From NCBI GenBank assembly GCA_030603365.1, contig JAUVXV010000010.1:79925-143924 (forward strand): 64,000 nt of DNA, written 5' to 3'. The notes below the pieces were generated by a model. It had not been told where the DNA came from. It did no database searches and saw nothing but the letters and a program-made list of their open reading frames with translations. Below are positions 29,544-38,403 of this stretch, in pieces (positions within the stretch are counted from its first letter, which is position 1; every line of letters starts with the position of its first letter). The DNA comes from Candidatus Heimdallarchaeota archaeon. GTDB lineage: Archaea > Asgardarchaeota > Heimdallarchaeia > Heimdallarchaeales > Heimdallarchaeaceae. The translations under genes and the position numbers were made by a program.

Positions 29544-30551
29544 ATGTCATTAAGAGGATTTATAGTTAGAAGAACCATTTATATTGTCCCTGTTATGCTA
29601 GGTATTACATTGATGAATTTTACTCTAATCAATGTAAGCCCAGGTGACCCGGTTGTTGTAAGAATAGGTCTGATTCATTGTGAATCACCGGAATGTTACA
29701 ACCAGGCGTATAACAAAGAAGCTATAGAAATGGGTCTCTTAGATCGTGAAATGTATACTGTTCCATGGTTTACTAGATATGTTGATTTCGTTAATGATTT
29801 ATTGCACTTTGATCTGGGGAATAGTTGGTATAATACTCAGGCGGGAGAGGGAATACCTATCGCGCAAATTATCTCAGAACGTGCAATATATACTATAACA
29901 CTCAATGTTATATCGTTTGTTTTATCGCTTTTACTGGCTACAGCAATAGGTGTAGTCTCTGCTACAAGACAAAATTCATTTTGGGACAGATCACTTACAA
30001 TAGCGATGCTACTAGGATACTCCATGCCACTGTTTTGGCTAGCTAAGCTTCTGATGTTATTATCGTTTAGCTTGTTTAATTTTACCGGAGTAGCCAACAA
30101 GGACGCTTTCAGAAAACCACTGTTTTTAAATCCAGCTTTCTATAAATATCTAATACTACCAACATTAGCACTAACTCTTGGTGGGTTAGTGTTCATGGCA
30201 AGATTGATTAGATCACAACTACTGGAGATTTTAAGACAAGATTACATTACAACGGCGAAAGCGAAAGGGTTGGATAATCGAGCGGTAATTTACAAACATG
30301 CATTCAGAAACGGGCTATTACCAATAGTTACAATCATTGGTAATTCACTACCTGGATTACTAGCAGGTTCAGTCATGATTGAAAGTGTTTTCGGATGGCC
30401 AGGATTAGGTACAGTATTCCTTGAAGGAGCTCTCTTTAGAGATTATCCTTTGATGATGGCAACTAACACGATATTTCCGCTGCTTTTTTTGATAGCGCGG
30501 TTACTTACGGATATCACGTACGTGTTTATTGACCCGAGGATTAAGTATTAG
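29544..30551 (+). CDS. oppB: Oligopeptide/dipeptide ABC permease B
   Basis: PGDP, DLG.S, EILRQDYITTAKAKGL, HAFRN, RDYP, IDPRI. Confidence 0.93.
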   Translation: MSLRGFIVRRTIYIVPVMLGITLMNFTLINVSPGDPVVVRIGLIHCESPECYNQAYNKEAIEMGLLDREMYTVPWFTRYVDFVNDLLHFDLGNSWYNTQAGEGIPIAQIISERAIYTITLNVISFVLSLLLATAIGVVSATRQNSFWDRSLTIAMLLGYSMPLFWLAKLLMLLSFSLFNFTGVANKDAFRKPLFLNPAFYKYLILPTLALTLGGLVFMARLIRSQLLEILRQDYITTAKAKGLDNRAVIYKHAFRNGLLPIVTIIGNSLPGLLAGSVMIESVFGWPGLGTVFLEGALFRDYPLMMATNTIFPLLFLIARLLTDITYVFIDPRIKY

Positions 30552-30562
30552 AGGTGTAAAGT

Positions 30563-31624
30563 GTGGCAACTGTAGACAGAGAAGAAAGAGAAGAATTTCT
30601 ACTTGATGAGAAGACATTAAGAGAAATCGATACAATGAAAGGAGCTGGACAATGGTCAATTGTTTGGCGCCGTATTAAGAAAGACAAGATGGGTATGCTT
30701 GGTCTTTACATCGTCCTATTTTTAATTCTGATGGCTTTTACATCATGGATACTGCTATCATTCGACCAATTTTTAACAGACAGAGACATTCTTTTTGGAG
30801 ACCCCAACAACTCTATCAGTTTGAATAACTTATATGTCGAACTGTGGGTGCCGGGTATGCCTAAAGAGAATCCCATTGTCTTATTCAACCATCCTAGATA
30901 TCAATTCGCAGATCAAGCCAAATTACCTCCATCATTTGAACATCCCTTTGGAACTGATAGAAATGGACAAGACATGTTATCCAGAGTTTTCTTTGGAGCA
31001 ACCGTTTCATTAGCCCTTGGGTTTTTAGGTCAGATGACGACAGTAATTATTGGTACATTCTTAGGAGCGATAGCTGGATTTTATGGTGGTTTAATCGACG
31101 AAGTTCTGCAAAGAATTATCGAAATACTATATTCAATGCCTGGATTCATATTGATGATCTTCATCATTGTGCTATTCGAAGACGTGAATATACCGGGTGG
31201 GCGGTACGCGGTTGTAGTTATCTTCTTCTCCCTAATCGGATGGGGAGGCACGGCGTTGATCGTGCGGTCGAACTTCTTCTCGCTGAAACAGCAAGATTTT
31301 GTGGAAGCGGAAAAAGCGCTAGGAGCGAGCGACATGAGGATTATCTTCAAACATATACTACCGAACTCACTAGCACCACTGATTATTATCGTAACGCTTG
31401 GAATTGCGGGAACGATTTTCCTATTTGCGGCGTTGGCATTCTTCGGTTTCGGAGATCCAAATGCAGTAAGTTGGGGAGACGATCTCAACAAGTGGCAAAA
31501 CGATTTAATCGAATATCCGTGGATGCCGATGTTTCCGGCTCTATTTATATTCTTCACGGTGTTAGGCTTTAATCTACTCGGTGATTCCCTCAGGGACGCA
31601 TTAGACCCAAGACTGAAGGATTAA
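30563..31624 (+). CDS. oppC: Oligopeptide/dipeptide ABC permease C
   Basis: HPFGTD.NGQD, FVEA..ALGA, HILPN, GDSLRDALDPR. Confidence 0.93.
   Translation: MATVDREEREEFLLDEKTLREIDTMKGAGQWSIVWRRIKKDKMGMLGLYIVLFLILMAFTSWILLSFDQFLTDRDILFGDPNNSISLNNLYVELWVPGMPKENPIVLFNHPRYQFADQAKLPPSFEHPFGTDRNGQDMLSRVFFGATVSLALGFLGQMTTVIIGTFLGAIAGFYGGLIDEVLQRIIEILYSMPGFILMIFIIVLFEDVNIPGGRYAVVVIFFSLIGWGGTALIVRSNFFSLKQQDFVEAEKALGASDMRIIFKHILPNSLAPLIIIVTLGIAGTIFLFAALAFFGFGDPNAVSWGDDLNKWQNDLIEYPWMPMFPALFIFFTVLGFNLLGDSLRDALDPRLKD
31177..31598. other. CpG-rich island inside oppC
   Basis: 35 CG dinucleotides hand-counted in about 420 bp versus 4 in an equal stretch of gdhA (37081-37500). Confidence 0.85.
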
Positions 31625-31943
31625 TATCCCTTCTTTCAAACCTTTTTTCTCATTTTATTTTTATTTCATGAGACAATTTTGTTGACATTTAAACTAAAAA
31701 CTGCAAACTAGCTGCAGCGATATTTACCTAGTTTATTAATTAATTTGAGAATTAAAGGTTGATAAGCTTCTGCTTATCTTTGTTTAGTCGCAAATCTTGT
31801 AGAATGGGTGTAGATAAGAAAGGGAGGGAGTCACCACCACCTATTCCATTTGATTGCCTGCTCTATTGGTTTCTTTCTTCTCTATAGGTAAAAAATTCTT
31901 TTGACTATATAAACCAAAGTCCCTATTATTCAGTGAGGAAGAA

Positions 31944-32729
31944 ATGACCACTATCATAGACAATGTGCAACTGCAACCCCTCGTTAACAGTTTGCGAGAA
32001 CTGCATTCCCCCCTCTTTCTTGTTAATGGAAAGTTGGAACACATAAACAGAAGTTCAGACCAAAGGCATGTTTTTAGGTTTGTTGAGATTATTGCCAGCC
32101 TGACTAAACATACCATTTCTGAGAATATCTTTACTGAAGCTTTTCTCCAGTTTCAATATTTGAATGATCTTCTACAGGAAAGTCACTCTAATGATATGAG
32201 TTTCAATAATGATGATATGCTAGCATATTTTCTGGCGATGTTAGATACAACACTGACCATCCATGGTAAAGAACTACAAATGAAGCACATTCACAGAATT
32301 TTGAAATTCTGGGGAGTTGATAAAGACTTAGATGTTTTTTCTAGAAAGCTCACACAAGCAAAAACCATTCTAGACAACGCTGGTCTTCTTCGAGACAATA
32401 GTAGGAAATGTACCGAAGAGCTCCTTTCGAAAGCTAATTTGTTATTCAGTTATCTCAAAGACATTTTCCCACACCAAACTTATCAGCTAGAACAGATTTT
32501 TGAACGTATTGAAATACTTGTTCAAAAGAAAATTCTCCCATATGCTAGTATTAGTAATGCAGCTCTAATCATGATAGTGTCGTTTTTCCCCTTATATTTA
32601 GAAATGCCAGCTGTTAAGCTATGTATTATGCTTCAGCTGAAAAAAGATTTGAATATAAATCTCACAAATCTAAAGAAGGATGTGGAAAGATTCCAGAACA
32701 AACTAGAGAAATATGATATGTTGAAGTGA
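31944..32729 (+). CDS. Hypothetical all-helical protein, possibly divergent TFB/cyclin-fold core without Zn ribbon
   Basis: Two helical repeats loosely alignable to TFIIB cyclin boxes. Confidence 0.45.
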   Translation: MTTIIDNVQLQPLVNSLRELHSPLFLVNGKLEHINRSSDQRHVFRFVEIIASLTKHTISENIFTEAFLQFQYLNDLLQESHSNDMSFNNDDMLAYFLAMLDTTLTIHGKELQMKHIHRILKFWGVDKDLDVFSRKLTQAKTILDNAGLLRDNSRKCTEELLSKANLLFSYLKDIFPHQTYQLEQIFERIEILVQKKILPYASISNAALIMIVSFFPLYLEMPAVKLCIMLQLKKDLNINLTNLKKDVERFQNKLEKYDMLK

Positions 32730-32904
32730 TATTTCTCAAGGTACTAAATGAAATCAAATAACTTATTTTTTCTGTTTAGGATTTTTTTCCCTAATGTCTA
32801 ATGTTTTTTTCAACTTCCGAGTAAAAATAGACAAACTTATAAAAGTTAGAAAAACACAATCAACAAAGTATCATAATTATTAGCTAATAAAATAAAGTGA
32901 TTCT

Positions 32905-33963
32905 ATGAGTAGACCCCCTGAAGATATACTTTTAGAGATTAATGGACTTAAGACTTACTTTTTTACAGAAGAGGGTGTAGTAAAAGCTATTGAGTCAGTA
33001 GATCTTGTAGTTTATAAATCTGAAACATTGGGCTTAGTTGGTGAATCAGGTTCAGGTAAATCAGTTACTGCTTTATCAATTCTGGGGATTGTTCCTGACC
33101 CTCCAGGTAAAGTCCTAAGTGGTGAAGTGATGTTTCATGGTCAAGATTTGCGACATCTAAGTGACTCTGATATGCGAAAAATCAGAGGAAATCAAATCGC
33201 AATGATCTTCCAAGATCCAATGACCAGTCTTAATCCAGTATTCACCGTTGGTGATCAAATCAGTGAGGCTATCATGCTTCATCAAAAAGTTACTAAAAAG
33301 GAAGCCAGAGAGAAATCTGTTAAAATTATGTCTCTTGTAGGTATTCCTAGTGCTGATGAGCGTGTAGATAATTATCCCTTTGAATTTTCAGGTGGAATGA
33401 GACAAAGAGTAATGATTGCTATGAGTTTAAGTTGTAATCCTGAGCTTTTGATTGCTGACGAACCTTCAACTTCATTAGATGTGACAATTCAAGCACAGAT
33501 TCTCGAACTCTTAAAAGCTACAAGCGAAGAGTTCGATATGAGTATTATTCTTATCACTCACGATATGGGTGTTATAGCTGAAATGTGTGACCGTGTAGCT
33601 GTAATGTATGCGGGTTTCATTTGCGAAATTGGTGATATTATGGTTATTTTCAAATCACCTTATCATCCTTATACACGAGGGTTACTAGGTGCAATTCCGC
33701 GACCTGATGCAGCAAGAGAAGATCTGACGATTATCAGAGGTTCGATTCCAAATCTTATCAATCCTCCATCTGCATGTAGATTCCATCCGAGATGTGATTA
33801 CATGATGCGAGGGTTGTGTGAGACGGTACTTCCTGGTTTAGTTGAGATAGAATCAGGTCACAGGGTAAGATGCCACCTTTATACAGAAGAAGGAAAAGCT
33901 TGGATGCAAGAACGTGGTGAGAAGAGAGAGATTGGCCATGTGCCAAAAGCAGCAGTTATCTAG
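32905..33963 (+). CDS. oppD: Oligopeptide ABC ATPase D
   Basis: GESGSGKS, FQDPMTSLNP, SGGMRQR, HPYT, CRFHPRC. Confidence 0.95.
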   Translation: MSRPPEDILLEINGLKTYFFTEEGVVKAIESVDLVVYKSETLGLVGESGSGKSVTALSILGIVPDPPGKVLSGEVMFHGQDLRHLSDSDMRKIRGNQIAMIFQDPMTSLNPVFTVGDQISEAIMLHQKVTKKEAREKSVKIMSLVGIPSADERVDNYPFEFSGGMRQRVMIAMSLSCNPELLIADEPSTSLDVTIQAQILELLKATSEEFDMSIILITHDMGVIAEMCDRVAVMYAGFICEIGDIMVIFKSPYHPYTRGLLGAIPRPDAAREDLTIIRGSIPNLINPPSACRFHPRCDYMMRGLCETVLPGLVEIESGHRVRCHLYTEEGKAWMQERGEKREIGHVPKAAVI

Positions 33964-35196
33964 GTGACAAAAATGGGTAGTTCAGAATCTTTAATAGAAA
34001 AAATCGCTTCCAAACAACAACAAAGAGGCCTGTTAGCCGATCGTATTAGAACTAAAGAAATGGAAGAAGATGTAATTTTAGAAGTTATCAATTTGAAAAA
34101 ATTCTTTGATATTCCTGTCCCCTTTGAAACCACTTGGTTTATGATTGCCTTTGTTGGTGCAATTGTTTTATTTGCATTTTACCAAGCTTATGGATTAATC
34201 GCGATTGGTGCAATCATCGTTTTGTACTTTGGTTTGCCTTATGTACCTCCATTCAACAAGAGACCCAGAGTAGCGCACCTTAAAGCGGTTGACGGGATTG
34301 ATCTTCGAATTAAAAAAGGTAGAATTGTAGGCTTGGTTGGTGAATCAGGTTGTGGTAAAAGTACAGCTGCAAAAACAATTATCAGGTTACATGAACCTAC
34401 AGCAGGTGCTGTTTATTTCAAGGGAATTGATATTAACCGTTTAACTTCTGAGGAAATGAAAGAAATCAGAAGACATCTGCAGATAGTATTTCAAGACCCA
34501 TATGCTTCATTAAACCCTCGAGCAACAGCACATGATATTATTATCGAACCTTTTGATATTCATGGAGTAGCTTCTGGAGATGAAGCCAGTTATCGAGTGC
34601 TTACACTTCTGAAAGATGTAGGACTTGCTCCACATCATGCATATCGTTATCCTCACGAATTTAGTGGGGGACAAAGACAGAGATTAGGGATTGCAAGAGC
34701 ATTAGCTTTAGAACCTGATTTCATTGTAATGGACGAACCAGTCTCAAACCTAGATGTATCAGTTCGAGCTGCTATTATTCAGCTAATTCTCGAACTTCAA
34801 AGAAAAATGGGTTTGACCTACTTATTCATTGCTCATGATTTATCTCTAGTTAAAATCCTCTGTGATGAGGTTAATGTAATGTATTTAGGAAAAATTATGG
34901 AAGCAGGAACTAGTGATGAAATCTTTGAGTCTATGATGCATCCTTATACCAAGGCTCTAATCTCAGCAGTACCTATTGCTGATCCTACCAAACGTTCAAA
35001 GAAAATCTTCCTTACTGGAGATATTCCAACTCCAATTAATCCCCCACCAGGATGCAAATTCCAAACAAGATGTCCTCTAGTATCGGATGTATGTCGTGTT
35101 GAGGAGCCCATAGCTAGATGGTATTCTGAGTCTCATGTCGCATACTGTCATAACATTGAAGGGGGCGAGGAAAATCCCGACTTCTTCATACAATAA
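33964..35196 (+). CDS. oppF: Oligopeptide ABC ATPase F with inserted TM hairpin
   Basis: GESGCGKS, FQDPYASLNP, SGGQRQR, HPYT, GCKFQTRC. Confidence 0.93.
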   Translation: MTKMGSSESLIEKIASKQQQRGLLADRIRTKEMEEDVILEVINLKKFFDIPVPFETTWFMIAFVGAIVLFAFYQAYGLIAIGAIIVLYFGLPYVPPFNKRPRVAHLKAVDGIDLRIKKGRIVGLVGESGCGKSTAAKTIIRLHEPTAGAVYFKGIDINRLTSEEMKEIRRHLQIVFQDPYASLNPRATAHDIIIEPFDIHGVASGDEASYRVLTLLKDVGLAPHHAYRYPHEFSGGQRQRLGIARALALEPDFIVMDEPVSNLDVSVRAAIIQLILELQRKMGLTYLFIAHDLSLVKILCDEVNVMYLGKIMEAGTSDEIFESMMHPYTKALISAVPIADPTKRSKKIFLTGDIPTPINPPPGCKFQTRCPLVSDVCRVEEPIARWYSESHVAYCHNIEGGEENPDFFIQ

Positions 35197-35309
35197 TTTT
35201 CCTTATTTTTCTTTTCCTTTTTCTCTTTAAACTAAAACAAGATTTATTTAGTCTAATTTAGAGTATAAGATAACATTGTACTAGTACTTACTACTGTGAG
35301 GAAATAACC

Positions 35310-36062
35310 ATGAGTAGAGTAAATCTTGAATCAGCTCAAAATAATATTGAGCGGTTATCAAATAACCTTAATGAATTGCAGCAAATTCTTTCTAGTAAAA
35401 CGGATGAGTTGAATGTTAAAATTAGAGAATTCAATGATGTGCTCTCTTCCTTCTCCAGAGAAGCAGAAGAGAAAAATCAATCCATCAATAGTTTAGAAGA
35501 AATAAAGAGTAAGAATAATGAAGAGTTGGAACAACTTAACAAGGATCTCCAAGAATTAACTTACAGAAAGGATGTTTTACAATCAGAAATAGCAAGTAAA
35601 CGGAAGGATATTGAACAAATATCTGCTCTAGTTCTTGAAAGAGAAAAAACAAATACAGAAGCTAATCTACAAGTAGATTCTCTCACTGAAAGAGTAGCTA
35701 ATTTCAATAGAAAAGTGGAAGAGTTTGAAGTTCTAACAAACGCTTTAGTAGAAGAAACTAAAGAACAAACTAGAACAAGGGAAATTAAAAATGCTGAGCT
35801 GTCAGAACAGTATACTAGAATAATCTCACGTTCTAAAGCTTTGCAATATCTTGTCAAAAAAGATATCATCTCACTACCTGAAATTCAAGTTATTAGGAGT
35901 TTAAATACACCAGGCATTGATACAATTGATAATCTTCGTAAAACATCCGGTGTTTCGGAAGATATTATTCGTAAAATTCTACAAGATTTAGACCGACGAG
36001 AAGTCATTGCTTTCAATCCATCTACTGGAAAAATTCAGGTTCTAACAAGGATAGATATTTAG
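35310..36062 (+). CDS. Long coiled-coil protein with C-terminal winged helix
   Basis: About 180 aa of heptads, then PEIQVI...LRKTSGVSEDIIRKILQDL...VI.F. Confidence 0.75.
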   Translation: MSRVNLESAQNNIERLSNNLNELQQILSSKTDELNVKIREFNDVLSSFSREAEEKNQSINSLEEIKSKNNEELEQLNKDLQELTYRKDVLQSEIASKRKDIEQISALVLEREKTNTEANLQVDSLTERVANFNRKVEEFEVLTNALVEETKEQTRTREIKNAELSEQYTRIISRSKALQYLVKKDIISLPEIQVIRSLNTPGIDTIDNLRKTSGVSEDIIRKILQDLDRREVIAFNPSTGKIQVLTRIDI

Positions 36063-36073
36063 GAGGAAAGAAG

Positions 36074-36826
36074 ATGTCAATAGAAAAATTAAATGAAATA
36101 TTAAGTGAGTTAAAAAGAGGAATAGAAGAATTATCTTCACGCTCTTCATCTGTTGTTGCTAACTCTAATGTCACCATCGAATCAATAACTGATGATGTGA
36201 GAGTTGTTCCTGAATATCTTCTATCACTTCAAAATACTATAAATGAGTTGCAAAAAAGCAATTCTGAACTAGAAGAAAAGAGAATGACAACTAAACAGTC
36301 CATTGATACAGTTACCACTGAAATTGAAATAAATGAAAGCAACAAAACTGATCTTTCAGAAGCCGAAATCAAGAAAAGAACTTACAAAGATGAGCTAGAT
36401 CGAAAAATACTCGAATTTCAACAGAAGAACACGCAACTTGAAGCTGAATTCAATGAGACTGGAGCTCTAGCATCTAAAAAAGAACAAGAGTATAATCAAA
36501 TACAGATTGATTCAAAGGAAGAAATAGAACGCTTAGATCAGAAAATCGATGAAGCTACTGCTAGAGTACAACAAGCTGAAGCAGAAAATAAGCTGATTGT
36601 GTATCTTATGGACGCTGGTTTAATGGATGTTCCTGAAGCTGAAGTTGTTTCAATCATAGCCTCATATCCTGATGGTTTAAAGATTGATGAGATTAAACAA
36701 AAGGTCAATATGCCACCTGTAAGAGTTCAACCAACGATCAATAATCTTTTAGAAACTGTGATAGAATATGATGCATTATCAGATTCCTATAGAATTTTGG
36801 ATATAATTAAGAAAGAGTTAGTATAG
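36074..36826 (+). CDS. Long coiled-coil protein with C-terminal winged helix (paralogue)
   Basis: Same length (250 aa) and layout; PEAEVV...GLKIDEIK...VQPTINNL. Confidence 0.75.
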   Translation: MSIEKLNEILSELKRGIEELSSRSSSVVANSNVTIESITDDVRVVPEYLLSLQNTINELQKSNSELEEKRMTTKQSIDTVTTEIEINESNKTDLSEAEIKKRTYKDELDRKILEFQQKNTQLEAEFNETGALASKKEQEYNQIQIDSKEEIERLDQKIDEATARVQQAEAENKLIVYLMDAGLMDVPEAEVVSIIASYPDGLKIDEIKQKVNMPPVRVQPTINNLLETVIEYDALSDSYRILDIIKKELV

Positions 36827-36860
36827 ACTTTTTCTTTTATTTTATTTCTTTAAAAAAAAT

Positions 36861-36878
36861 AAGACTAGACATAGTCTT
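36861..36878. promoter_or_regulatory. Inverted repeat AAGACTA-N4-TAGTCTT upstream of gdhA
   Basis: Perfect 7-bp arms in intergenic DNA. Confidence 0.35.
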
Positions 36879-36965
36879 AAGCAATATTTGCCCTATTCTC
36901 GTCAGTAATGTACATTTTATTTATGTGTGAATTTATTTCCAAAATACATATTTTCAGAGTGATAG

Positions 36966-38378
<1,413 letters not shown>

Positions 38379-38403
38379 TTAATTGAAAGATAGGAATAAC
38401 CTA

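Noticed and set aside
31081-31572. Overlapping ORFs 31081-31557(-) and 31240-31572(+) as real genes
   Set aside because: No protein-like features; expected by-product of stop-codon depletion in the CpG-rich tract
28658-33963. Replication origin inferred from a third-position skew switch
   Set aside because: Shift appears only local; no ORB repeats or orc1/cdc6 seen; needs whole-genome skew
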